Below are positions 10,418 through 18,497 of a DNA stretch of 56,014 nt, in pieces (position 1 is the first letter of the stretch; each line of letters starts with the position of its first letter). The notes under the pieces were generated by a model, which saw only the letters and a program-made list of their open reading frames with translations, had not been told where the DNA came from and did not search any database. Origin of the DNA: a virus. Its lineage: Duplodnaviria; Caudoviricetes. A program made the position numbers and the translations under genes. The stretch lies in the IMG/VR virus record IMGVR_UViG_3300030102_005174, positions 1 through 56,014 of that record. One strand, written 5' to 3'.

Positions 10418-10957
10418 ATGTTTAGTGAAAGTTTTGAGTTAGCTTGGAAAAAAACAAAAAAACACGAAGGGGGCTATGTAAACGACAAAGATGACAGTGG
10501 TGGCGCTACAAATTGGGGCATTTCACTGCGTTTTGTTAAAGCCGAAGGCATTGAATTAGATTTAGATGGCGATGGCGATATTGATAAAGAAGATATGAAA
10601 GCGCTAAAAGAAGTAAAAGCAAAAGAAATATACCATAAATATTTTTGGGAAAGAGGCAATTACGATCAAATAGATAATATTGATGTTGCCGGCAAACTTT
10701 TTGATATGGCTGTAAATATGGGTGCAAGGCAAGCGCATAAACTTGCACAAAGGGCTTGTCATGATTGTGGTAATATTTATTTACAAGCAGATGGCATACT
10801 TGGCACAAAAAGTCGTGGCGCAATAAATGGCATAGATACTGAAAAATATTTAACTAAATTAAGAAAAAGACACGCTGGGTTTTATGAACAAATTGCAGAA
10901 AAAAACCCAAAACTTAAAAAGTTTTTAAAAGGTTGGTTAAAAAGGGCTGAACAATGA
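10418..10957 (+). CDS. Endolysin, glycoside hydrolase family 108 with peptidoglycan-binding C-terminus
   Basis: HEGGYVND..D.GG.TNWGI, FDMAVNMG, DGILG and FLKGWLKR motifs; SD GGAGG. Confidence 0.92.
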   Translation: MFSESFELAWKKTKKHEGGYVNDKDDSGGATNWGISLRFVKAEGIELDLDGDGDIDKEDMKALKEVKAKEIYHKYFWERGNYDQIDNIDVAGKLFDMAVNMGARQAHKLAQRACHDCGNIYLQADGILGTKSRGAINGIDTEKYLTKLRKRHAGFYEQIAEKNPKLKKFLKGWLKRAEQ

Positions 10958-11277
10958 GTAAAAAATTAGAACCAAAATCAAAATATAACGATTTAGATGT
11001 TGATGGAGATGGGGTTGTAAGCGATGCAGAGTTCCAAATGGCTGAAAAACTTACAAGGCTGGAAAACAACGATGCAAAAGATGACCAAATACGCAAAATG
11101 GCGTGGGTAAGTATGATTAGTGTTATATTCCTCGTTATATTGGTTTTAACGCCCTTAATACCAAATGAAAGGGTAACACTTACCACTTCACTAATTAGCA
11201 CCTTTGTCGTGGCTAATATGGGCATTTTAGCAACATTTATGGCAACAAGTGCATGGCAAAGGAAAAATGGTAATTAA
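10954..11277 (+). CDS. Holin-like two-TM membrane protein with EF-hand-like loop
   Basis: Two hydrophobic helices; coupled to the endolysin; DVDGDGVVSDAE loop. Confidence 0.6.
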   Translation: MSKKLEPKSKYNDLDVDGDGVVSDAEFQMAEKLTRLENNDAKDDQIRKMAWVSMISVIFLVILVLTPLIPNERVTLTTSLISTFVVANMGILATFMATSAWQRKNGN

Positions 11278-11471
11278 TGACATGGCTATTGGTTGTATTT
11301 CTTTCCGGTACGGTGCAAGAATCTGTCTACTTCAGTGATTTGGACTCGTGCCTTAGAATTGCAGAGAAAATTAGAGCGCAAAATTACGACCCATCACTCG
11401 CTGGGGATAGTAGAATCTGGGTCAAAGCGTATTGTGTTCCTAAAACATTACCTAAAAAGAAAGGGCAATGA
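11277..11471 (+). CDS. Small hypothetical protein with hydrophobic N-terminus and two Cys
   Basis: MTWLLVVFL...C...AYCVP; TAATG coupling. Confidence 0.6.
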   Translation: MTWLLVVFLSGTVQESVYFSDLDSCLRIAEKIRAQNYDPSLAGDSRIWVKAYCVPKTLPKKKGQ

Positions 11472-11554
11472 ATGCAAAAAATTTATAAAACATATTCATT
11501 TTGGAATAAAAAAGAAGTAAGTTGGATTAACAGACCTAGAAATGGAGTTGAAAT

Positions 11555-11689
11555 ATGCAAAAACAAAAAAGAGGAAGACCAAAAAAAGAAACAACAGCCA
11601 AAAAAAAATTAAATATATTTGATTTTATTTTATCATTTAGAGATAAAGGTAAAAGAAAACCATTTTTTGAATGGTTAATGGGCAAATGA
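11555..11689 (+). CDS. 44-aa basic protein with AT-hook-like motif (not in ORF track)
   Basis: SD GGAG at 11544; MQKQKRGRPKK...FFEWLMGK*; ATGA overlap with the next gene. Confidence 0.65.
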   Translation: MQKQKRGRPKKETTAKKKLNIFDFILSFRDKGKRKPFFEWLMGK

Positions 11690-11880
11690 ATTACGAAGAT
11701 GAAAATGAACAGTTTGGCAAATTGCTTTATGCCGGCATTATTAATGAAGAAAATTATAAAGAATTTTGCAAGCGTTGTTTAACAAAAACTATTTTTGTTT
11801 CAGTTCATGGTCATCTGCAATGTGAAAAATGTAAAAGTGTTGTACACGATTGCTGTAGTGGGAAAAACAATATTTTATAA
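11686..11880 (+). CDS. Small Cys/His-rich (zinc-finger-like) protein
   Basis: CKRC...HGHLQCEKC...HDCC; start reassigned to 11686. Confidence 0.6.
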   Translation: MNYEDENEQFGKLLYAGIINEENYKEFCKRCLTKTIFVSVHGHLQCEKCKSVVHDCCSGKNNIL

Positions 11881-12272
11881 TGTATGAGTACGCTGTAAAA
11901 GAAATAAAAAAAGTTGTTGATGGTGATACTGTGGATATTGTTATTGATTTAGGTTTTTCTTTAACTAAGAAAGAAAGGGTAAGGCTTGCCGGTATAGATA
12001 CACCGGAAAGCAGAACTAAAGATTTAAAAGAAAAAGAATTAGGGTTGGAAGCAAAAGAATTTTTAGCAAGGCGATTACAAGAGGGCGTTGGTAGAAATTT
12101 AAAAGTAAGAACTGAAAAAGATGGTAAATACGGTAGAATGTTGGGTTGGTTTATTATTGGTGAAACAAATTTAAACGAAGAAATGGTTCACAGAGGTTAT
12201 GCTTGGCTTTATGACGGTGGTACTAAAGAAAAAGATTTACAAGAATTAAAGGATAAAAGGGGCATAAAATGA
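11880..12272 (+). CDS. Staphylococcal nuclease (thermonuclease) family protein
   Basis: VVDGDT, RVRLAGIDTPE and GKYGRML motifs. Confidence 0.92.
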   Translation: MYEYAVKEIKKVVDGDTVDIVIDLGFSLTKKERVRLAGIDTPESRTKDLKEKELGLEAKEFLARRLQEGVGRNLKVRTEKDGKYGRMLGWFIIGETNLNEEMVHRGYAWLYDGGTKEKDLQELKDKRGIK

Positions 12273-12481
12273 CAGTTGACCCTTTTTTATTTTGGAATGT
12301 TTTACTAACTTTAGTTATAGCGCCAGCAATTTTTGTATTTAGAGCGTTACAATCTGAGGTAAAGAGAATCGATATACTTTTGAATAAAACAAGAGAAGAT
12401 TACGCAAAAAGAGATGACGTAACACAAGCAATTAATAGGTTAGAAGAAAAGATAGATAGAATTTTAGAAAAACTTAAATAG
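12269..12481 (+). CDS. Single-TM coiled-coil membrane protein
   Basis: N-terminal TM helix followed by heptad-like RLEEKIDRIL. Confidence 0.65.
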   Translation: MTVDPFLFWNVLLTLVIAPAIFVFRALQSEVKRIDILLNKTREDYAKRDDVTQAINRLEEKIDRILEKLK

Positions 12482-12488
12482 GTGTTTT

Positions 12489-12647
12489 ATGGCTACAAAG
12501 AAAAAACCAATACCAACAAACAAAGCATTATATGCAAGAGTTAAGGCTGAAACAAAACGCAAATTTAAGGTTTATCCAAGCGCTTATGCAAACGCATATT
12601 TAGTGCGTACTTACAAGAAGCGTGGTGGCAAATATAGGATGGGCTAA
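12489..12647 (+). CDS. 52-aa highly basic protein (not in ORF track)
   Basis: MATKKKPIPTNKALYARVK...VYPSAYA...YKKRGGKY; TAATG coupling to the next gene. Confidence 0.75.
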   Translation: MATKKKPIPTNKALYARVKAETKRKFKVYPSAYANAYLVRTYKKRGGKYRMG

Positions 12648-12901
12648 TGAGTTTAAAAACATGGTTTAAACAAGGCTGGGTTGATATTGGCGCACCTAAG
12701 AAAAACGGTAAGTTTCAGCCATGTGGCAGAGCAACCGGCAGTAAAAGAAAATACCCTAAATGTGTACCGTTGGCTACTGCAAACAGAATGACACCATCAC
12801 AAATTAAAAGTGCAGTAAGAAGAAAAAGAGCAAAGGCACAGGGCGTTGGTGGAAAACCTACAAATGTAAAAACTTTTGCTAGAAAGAAGAGAAAGAAATG
12901 A
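12647..12901 (+). CDS. Basic conserved viral protein (DUF5872-like)
   Basis: L..WF...WVDI...CGR....YPKC.P pattern; K/R-rich. Confidence 0.65.
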   Translation: MSLKTWFKQGWVDIGAPKKNGKFQPCGRATGSKRKYPKCVPLATANRMTPSQIKSAVRRKRAKAQGVGGKPTNVKTFARKKRKK

Positions 12902-13170
12902 TTACAGCATATGGGGAAACATTTAGAGGTTATAACAAACCTAAAAGAACGCCACGCCACAAAACTAAAAGCCACGCTGTTTTGGCAAAAGTGGGTAATA
13001 AAGTTAAATTAATACGCTTTGGGCAACAAGGCGTAAAAGGTGCTGGTAAAAATCCAACTAGCAAAAGGGATAAAGCAAGAAAGCGTTCTTATTATGCTCG
13101 CCATAATGCTCAAGACCCCAACCCAAGCAAAATGTCTGCAAGATATTGGTCTCATAAAGTTAAATGGTAG
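12898..13170 (+). CDS. Basic conserved viral protein
   Basis: KLIRFGQQG...RSYYARH...SARYWS.KVKW pattern; K/R-rich. Confidence 0.7.
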   Translation: MITAYGETFRGYNKPKRTPRHKTKSHAVLAKVGNKVKLIRFGQQGVKGAGKNPTSKRDKARKRSYYARHNAQDPNPSKMSARYWSHKVKW

Positions 13171-13361
13171 AGCAAACAATAAGTGATGTAGAAAACCTAA
13201 CCAAAACAATTAATTTTGGTGAAGGTGGAAGTGATGTTGAAGCCGGCATACAGTTTATATATCATATGCGTGAACATTTAGTTGATATTGGCATAGCAAC
13301 CGTTTATGGTTTGGCAGTATATGCTTTATTTTTATGGATAACAAAAAAAATAAAGGGTTAA
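13164..13361 (+). CDS. Small membrane protein
   Basis: C-terminal TM helix followed by KKIKG. Confidence 0.55.
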   Translation: MVEQTISDVENLTKTINFGEGGSDVEAGIQFIYHMREHLVDIGIATVYGLAVYALFLWITKKIKG

Positions 13362-13509
13362 CTATGAGGGGTATGTTTGATGGGTGTCATTTTATATCCC
13401 TCACCATTTTGGGGGGTGTCTGTTTTATTTAACACTTAATCTTTGATTATTGTTATTTACAATGTAATAAAATTTTTGCAGATTGATCCCCCCACCAAAA
13501 GGAGTTTAT

Positions 13510-13911
13510 ATGTTAGGTTCTCTTATATCACCAATAGCATCTCTTGCCGGCACATGGTTGCAAGGTAGGGTTGATAAAGCTAAAGCTGAAACAGAAGTTA
13601 AAGTAGCAAAAGCCAAAGCCGAAGCGAAAGTTTACGAGACCGAGGCTACCTCTAGTTTTCTTAATGAGCAAGCGCTTACAAATCAAATGGGTGAAAGCTG
13701 GAAAGATGAATTTTGGTCAATAATTTTTGGGGCAATATTAATAGCTTCATTTTTGCCATTTTCACAACCGTATGTAAAAGAGGGTTTTATATTTTTAGAA
13801 GAATCGACCCCTCATTGGTTTTCAAATATGTTATATATTATTATTGGAAGTAGCTTTGGTTATAGGTTTGGCAAACAAGGTTTACAAATGATAAACAAAA
13901 GAAAGAAATAA
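13510..13911 (+). CDS. Holin-like (3TM-type) membrane protein
   Basis: SD GGAG at 13501; amphipathic N-terminus, SWKDEFW motif, two further TM segments, basic tail. Confidence 0.7.
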   Translation: MLGSLISPIASLAGTWLQGRVDKAKAETEVKVAKAKAEAKVYETEATSSFLNEQALTNQMGESWKDEFWSIIFGAILIASFLPFSQPYVKEGFIFLEESTPHWFSNMLYIIIGSSFGYRFGKQGLQMINKRKK

Positions 13912-13917
13912 AAAAAC

Positions 13918-13946
13918 TTGTATAACAAACAAAAACAATTTACTTT
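13918..13946 (+). promoter_or_regulatory. Putative sigma70 promoter for the candidate sRNA
   Basis: TTGTAT-N17-TACTTT. Confidence 0.45.
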
Positions 13947-13951
13947 GCGAA

Positions 13952-14032
13952 TTAACGGAGTCTTTTCCAACTTCGTTGGGTTTAAGTTGTAGCGTGGCTC
14001 TGTTATTTCCTTTCTTGAGCCACGCTTTTTTT
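13952..14032 (+). ncRNA. Candidate two-hairpin antisense sRNA against early-gene ribosome-binding regions
   Basis: Hairpin 13952-13979, linker, terminator hairpin with UUUCCUUUC loop; 13970-13985 matches the + strand at 14974-14989 in 15/16 nt, i.e. antisense to that mRNA. Confidence 0.5.
13991..14032 (+). terminator. Intrinsic terminator
   Basis: 10-bp stem AGCGTGGCTC/GAGCCACGCT followed by a T-run; between convergent genes. Confidence 0.85.
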
Positions 14033-14039
14033 ATTTTAA

Positions 14040-14459
14040 TTACCAACCGGTTAAGGCACTAGAAACATCGCAAAAATGTAATCCACCGGCAAAACATTCA
14101 TTTTCTAATGCTGGTCTTCCAAATACTTGATTTGTATATTTATAAATTACAGATGGTGGAGCGCCCACGCCATTATGTTTTAGCATAATATTTGGTACAC
14201 CGGCTTTAATTTGCCTAGCAACAGAATTATGATATTTGTAAATATCAGCATCTTCAGCATAACCATTTAACACTCTAGCAAGTGCGCCAAGTTCAAAAGC
14301 ATTATCACTTACCCTTACACAAATACTGTCTAAAGGGCTTCTTTTGTCATAATCATCGTAGCAATATTCCGGTGTTAAATAATACCAATGTAAAGATGCA
14401 CTTGGATAACCCTCTTTCTTTTTTTCCGGATGCCATTTTACTCTAAATGCTTTAAACAT
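14040..14459 (-). CDS. Hypothetical protein (early region)
   Basis: 139-aa ORF, last gene of the leftward operon. Confidence 0.65.
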   Translation of the reverse strand: MFKAFRVKWHPEKKKEGYPSASLHWYYLTPEYCYDDYDKRSPLDSICVRVSDNAFELGALARVLNGYAEDADIYKYHNSVARQIKAGVPNIMLKHNGVGAPPSVIYKYTNQVFGRPALENECFAGGLHFCDVSSALTGW

Positions 14460-14462
14460 TTT

Positions 14463-14678
14463 TTAACCCCCCCAATGTTCTTGCCAAGTTAATTCTATTG
14501 CATTTTCATAATTTCTTTCATCAAAACTATTTATTACAATACCTTTGGCTTTAAGTTTCTTATAAATATTATGTTTAAATTCAACTAAACACTCACTTGT
14601 TTCACAAGTGTTTTGAAGCCCATCAAGGGCATAGATATTATCTAAATGCCCCATAAGTTCTGTTTTAACTGCTCCCAT
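14463..14678 (-). CDS. Hypothetical protein
   Basis: Start reassigned to MGAVK, which overlaps the upstream stop (TAATG). Confidence 0.6.
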   Translation of the reverse strand: MGAVKTELMGHLDNIYALDGLQNTCETSECLVEFKHNIYKKLKAKGIVINSFDERNYENAIELTWQEHWGG

Positions 14679-14968
14679 TACTGCGCCCCCATTTCTTTCC
14701 AAGTCATACGTTGTCTTACCAACAACTTACCCTCATCGATACGTTCTAATATAAATTCAATATCAACAATTTCTTTTGATAATTTTGCAATTTTAATATC
14801 ACACTCTTGAGCCCAAGATTTGTCTTTAATTAAATCTTTTAAATCTAAAACTTTAAAAATGTGGTCTTCTAAAACTTGTTGTTTTTTTTGCAATTCATCA
14901 ATTTTTTCAAATTTAATAACTGCGTTTGGTTTTAAATATTTTTTTAAATTTTGTGTAAAATTTTCCAT
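14678..14968 (-). CDS. Hypothetical coiled-coil early protein
   Basis: SD GGAG; first gene after an operator-containing promoter. Confidence 0.7.
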   Translation of the reverse strand: MENFTQNLKKYLKPNAVIKFEKIDELQKKQQVLEDHIFKVLDLKDLIKDKSWAQECDIKIAKLSKEIVDIEFILERIDEGKLLVRQRMTWKEMGAQ

Positions 14969-15001
14969 TTTTTACTCCGTTGGGTTTAATTTATAATATT
15001 A

Positions 15002-15030
15002 AATATAGTGCCAATGGCACTACATTACAA
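15002..15030 (-). promoter_or_regulatory. Promoter with perfect 17-bp palindromic operator
   Basis: TTGTAA-N17-TATATT on the - strand; TAGTGCCAATGGCACTA at 15006-15022. Confidence 0.85.
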
Positions 15031-15600
15031 GTCTTTTCTAAATTTTTTTTGCAATTTTTTTAATTTTGTTGGCATATCAACGGTTTTAGGCTTAGCAAAA
15101 CTTTTTAAAAACCCCCATTTTTTATTATATTCGCAAATAATTTCTTTGTTTTTTTCTGTTGTTATCCACAACATATATTGAAATTTTGTATAGCCTTTTT
15201 TCCAATTATTCCAACTTGTAACCTCATTTGGGTATTCAAATTCTTTTTTTGCTAAAACAATGTAATCGTTCATTAAATCCAAGTTTTTTCTAAACTCTTC
15301 TTCCGATTGTTTGTCTATTGGTTGTATGCCACCAAAAGGTTTTTTATAAATATCAAAATTATAAAAATTTAAAACATCAGTTATTTCTACACCAACTTTT
15401 GGTGTATAAACTCTTTTATCTATAGAAATACCACGCTTTCTGTCAGCATTTGATTTTTGCAGTTTTCTAAATGTGCTTTCATATCCTAATGGCGCTTTAT
15501 AATCTTTCCATTCGGCAGAACATCTATATAAAAAATCATTTACAATTTTGGCATGATATAAATAAAGTTTTTTACACCAACTTTTTCTTACGTTAAACAT
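15025..15600 (-). CDS. Hypothetical protein
   Basis: 191 aa, SD AGGAG. Confidence 0.65.
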   Translation of the reverse strand: MFNVRKSWCKKLYLYHAKIVNDFLYRCSAEWKDYKAPLGYESTFRKLQKSNADRKRGISIDKRVYTPKVGVEITDVLNFYNFDIYKKPFGGIQPIDKQSEEEFRKNLDLMNDYIVLAKKEFEYPNEVTSWNNWKKGYTKFQYMLWITTEKNKEIICEYNKKWGFLKSFAKPKTVDMPTKLKKLQKKFRKDL

Positions 15601-15713
15601 ATTTTTGACTCCTAATTAGTTCTCAAGTAGTCCCTTTCTCTCTAAGGTGCGTGTTTAGCTACTCTGTCGAGAAGGCAACAGGGTTCTTCTAAGGTAAGTC
15701 ATTTAAAAAAAAA

Positions 15714-16004
15714 TTAGCTAGTCCAGTTTATAACGCTATGTCCACGCCCCCTTAAACACGCCACAAGAGGGTTATAGCTTTTAGGCATAAGGTTATAGTA
15801 ATCGTGCCAAAAATCGTTGTAATCTTTTATTTTAACTTTTTCGCTTTCTATTAACTTTTCACACTCAACAGTATCACGAACTATTTCTGCTGGGTTTTTA
15901 CTTGTGCGTGGGTCTACAATAGGTGACCATTGCACAATCTCATTATTAGGTTTTGCACAACTTATTAAAAGCAATGCAATAAATATTATTGGGTTTAGTT
16001 TCAT
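15714..16004 (-). CDS. Putative lipoprotein
   Basis: MKLNPIIFIALLLISC signal peptide/lipobox; CL.GRGH near C-terminus. Confidence 0.7.
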   Translation of the reverse strand: MKLNPIIFIALLLISCAKPNNEIVQWSPIVDPRTSKNPAEIVRDTVECEKLIESEKVKIKDYNDFWHDYYNLMPKSYNPLVACLRGRGHSVINWTS

Positions 16005-16012
16005 TTTTTCCT

Positions 16013-16228
16013 CTAATTACTTGGGCTTTCATAAATATATTTATTTAAACTTATTTTGCTTATGCGTCTTGCACCACCAAATTTTTTGCTTAAAATATCT
16101 TTATTTTCTATCATGTGATAAACTTTACGTTGGCTACAACTTAACTGTTGAGCAACTTGCTCAACAGTAAGCCATGTATCATTATAGTGCGCATCAATAA
16201 AATCTTCTTCACTAGAATGGTATTTCAT
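16013..16228 (-). CDS. Excisionase-like winged HTH DNA-binding protein
   Basis: WLTVEQVAQQLSCSQRKVYHMI...KFGGARRI. Confidence 0.8.
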   Translation of the reverse strand: MKYHSSEEDFIDAHYNDTWLTVEQVAQQLSCSQRKVYHMIENKDILSKKFGGARRISKISLNKYIYESPSN

Positions 16229-16619
16229 CGTCTAAATCCCCCTCTTGCGCTGGTTGTTCATCGCTTATGTCTTTAGCCGGCACTTCATCAAAATTATCAT
16301 TATTTTCTTTTTTACTGCCAAAGCCAATTCCTTGCACTTTTATATTTAAACCAATCCTTAATTCACCACTGTCTTTTGCACGATATTCATTGGTAGTAAA
16401 TTCACCGGTAATCATTAATGAAGTACCTTTAGTTAAATATTGTTTAAAATTTTCTGCGCCTTTAGAAAAATAATTGCAGTTAAAAAAGGTGGTGGTTTTA
16501 TTATCACCAAAACCCATATTGTTAGCTATGCTAAAATTTAAAAATTTACCATAATCGTTTTCACGCAATTCAGCATCTTTTGTTAAATTGCCCAACAATG
16601 TTATTGTACAAATACTCAT
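16212..16619 (-). CDS. ssb: Single-stranded DNA-binding protein
   Basis: LLGNLTKDAE, YLTKG and acidic DDEIPF tail. Confidence 0.95.
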   Translation of the reverse strand: MSICTITLLGNLTKDAELRENDYGKFLNFSIANNMGFGDNKTTTFFNCNYFSKGAENFKQYLTKGTSLMITGEFTTNEYRAKDSGELRIGLNIKVQGIGFGSKKENNDNFDEVPAKDISDEQPAQEGDLDDEIPF

Positions 16620-16630
16620 ATTTTTTCTCC

Positions 16631-17386
16631 TTATTTTTTTAGTAAGTTTTTGTATTTATCTAACTCAAGCCTTACTTGCAATTCATGCGCTCTTGGTAAT
16701 ATGCCATCGCTAAATATCTTTTGACACAAGTTTTGTATAACTTGCACATCATCATTATCATTCCAAACTTCATTTACTTCGTTAGTAATTTCGGTAAGGG
16801 TTACAAAATTATTGGCATCAGCTATATGTTGTTTAACTAATGCGCTCCACTTGCTTGCATCATCTTTGCTTAACTTGCCATCTATTTTAAGTATAGCTTT
16901 TGGTAATTTACTTTTTATTAATTCAATTACTTTATTATCTTCTTTTGCAAGGTTATCTAATTTGCTACTTTTGTTAGTATCTTTAGGTTGCTCTTTTGGT
17001 TCTTCTTCCATCATTTCAGCGCTGGAATAAACTTCACCATGTAACCCAATAAGTTTAAGTATTACCCTATCTTTTGCTCTTTTTTCTGCCATAGCAAAAC
17101 AATAAGGGTTAAAATTATTTTTTGGGCTGGCTTCACCTATTGACCATTCTTCAACATTACCCATTTTACCCTTTACACAAACAACTGCTATTTGGTTTTT
17201 ACTGTCTGCCTCTATTATTTGTGGCATATCAAAAACAATTTTTTTATGTGTAGCAATTTTTTCTAAAGCCATATGTTTTATAATATATTGGTTAGATTGT
17301 TTATGTTGCCAAATATGAGTTTGGTCATAAATATTTAATTCTTGTAAAATTTCTTTTACTATTTTGGGTGCATTAAGTTTTGCCAT
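16631..17386 (-). CDS. Putative ssDNA-annealing protein (recombinase)
   Basis: Between YqaJ exonuclease and ssb; GEA...N.Y..AMAEKRAKDRVILKL..L.G.VYS..E motif. Confidence 0.6.
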   Translation of the reverse strand: MAKLNAPKIVKEILQELNIYDQTHIWQHKQSNQYIIKHMALEKIATHKKIVFDMPQIIEADSKNQIAVVCVKGKMGNVEEWSIGEASPKNNFNPYCFAMAEKRAKDRVILKLIGLHGEVYSSAEMMEEEPKEQPKDTNKSSKLDNLAKEDNKVIELIKSKLPKAILKIDGKLSKDDASKWSALVKQHIADANNFVTLTEITNEVNEVWNDNDDVQVIQNLCQKIFSDGILPRAHELQVRLELDKYKNLLKK

Positions 17387-18396
17387 TATTTTATCTCCTT
17401 AACTGTAAAACTGGTTTGCGTTCTTGCTTTAACTGTATATTCAGATACTTCTGTGGTACTTTGTTTTATTAAATGTTTTTTGTTTAAACCGTTATCAAAT
17501 ACATTACATTCTATAAAAGAATTATCGGCTATTTCTGCTTGCAATAAATTTTTGCATTCAGCTAAATTTTTAGTTGCATCTTTGTGGTTTCGTTTTGCAT
17601 GAACAAAATTAGAAACTAATGTTGTAAACTTGTTGTCTTGCGTTCTGTCAACTGTTTCACCATTTTGGTTAGGATATAATGATTTAAGTGTGTTAGTGGT
17701 GCTGGTGGTACTGTCAGCGTTATATGGACATTGTCTGCCACTGTTCAAATAATCCCAAAATAAAAAACTGTTATTCCTTATAAGATTTACTGTTGGCTGA
17801 TGTAATTCATAACAGTATGTATAGGTAGTATTGCCATTGACCAACGCAGTTAAAACGCCCCAACTATATCCCAAAACATACATATAATGTTGAAGTTGTA
17901 TTATATATTGAACTGGTGGTTCGTTTTCTGTCCATTGTTGTTTATGTATTAATCCATCAACATTTTTTATTTCAAAAACACCATGACCCTCTTGTTCCTT
18001 GCCAAGTTTGTCATTTACAAATTTTGATGGATAAGCCAAAACTGCATCCGGTGTTGCGCCTAATTTACTTTCTTCCAAAGTATAATATGTGTCATTACTT
18101 ACCCAAACATCTTCGAGTAAATTATATCCCATATCTTCAGCAACACCATCTCTTATTGCGCTTTCTAATCTACGCCCCCAAACCATACGGTTGTTATCTT
18201 TAAAATTATCATCTATTAAACCGGACTTTTCATGCCAAAGTGTAAATGGACTTTTAAAACTGCTTTTTTCCATTAACACAGGGCTATCAGTTCCACTCGT
18301 GTATTTTTTTCTTAAATCTTTCCATTCCGAACTGCCATGCTTTACATCTTTGTGTACTTTCGCTTGTATAGTCGGATATTTATCAACTATTTTCAT
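17386..18396 (-). CDS. YqaJ / lambda-exonuclease-like recombination nuclease
   Basis: EW..LR, GRRLE, GATPD, FEIK and Y.IQLQHYM motifs. Confidence 0.9.
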   Translation of the reverse strand: MKIVDKYPTIQAKVHKDVKHGSSEWKDLRKKYTSGTDSPVLMEKSSFKSPFTLWHEKSGLIDDNFKDNNRMVWGRRLESAIRDGVAEDMGYNLLEDVWVSNDTYYTLEESKLGATPDAVLAYPSKFVNDKLGKEQEGHGVFEIKNVDGLIHKQQWTENEPPVQYIIQLQHYMYVLGYSWGVLTALVNGNTTYTYCYELHQPTVNLIRNNSFLFWDYLNSGRQCPYNADSTTSTTNTLKSLYPNQNGETVDRTQDNKFTTLVSNFVHAKRNHKDATKNLAECKNLLQAEIADNSFIECNVFDNGLNKKHLIKQSTTEVSEYTVKARTQTSFTVKEIK

Positions 18397-18426
18397 AATG
18401 TTCTTTCTTTAATTAAGTTTAAGTTA

Positions 18427-18484
18427 TTGCTTATGTAACATCGCTGTGTTAATAATGCAAGTCATTTTAGTGCCAACGGTATGA
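18427..18484. promoter_or_regulatory. Divergent promoter region between recombination (left) and replication (right) operons, with a degenerate operator
   Basis: Imperfect inverted repeat TTGCTTATGTAACA...TGTTAATAATGCAA; TTGCAT-N17-TACATA on the - strand; TAGTGCCAACGGTATGA at 18468-18484. Confidence 0.5.
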
Positions 18485-18497
18485 AAGAATATGCAAA

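Noticed and set aside
11293-11520. Alternative-frame ORF over 11277-11471
   Set aside because: No SD; the coupled 11277 ORF is the better call.
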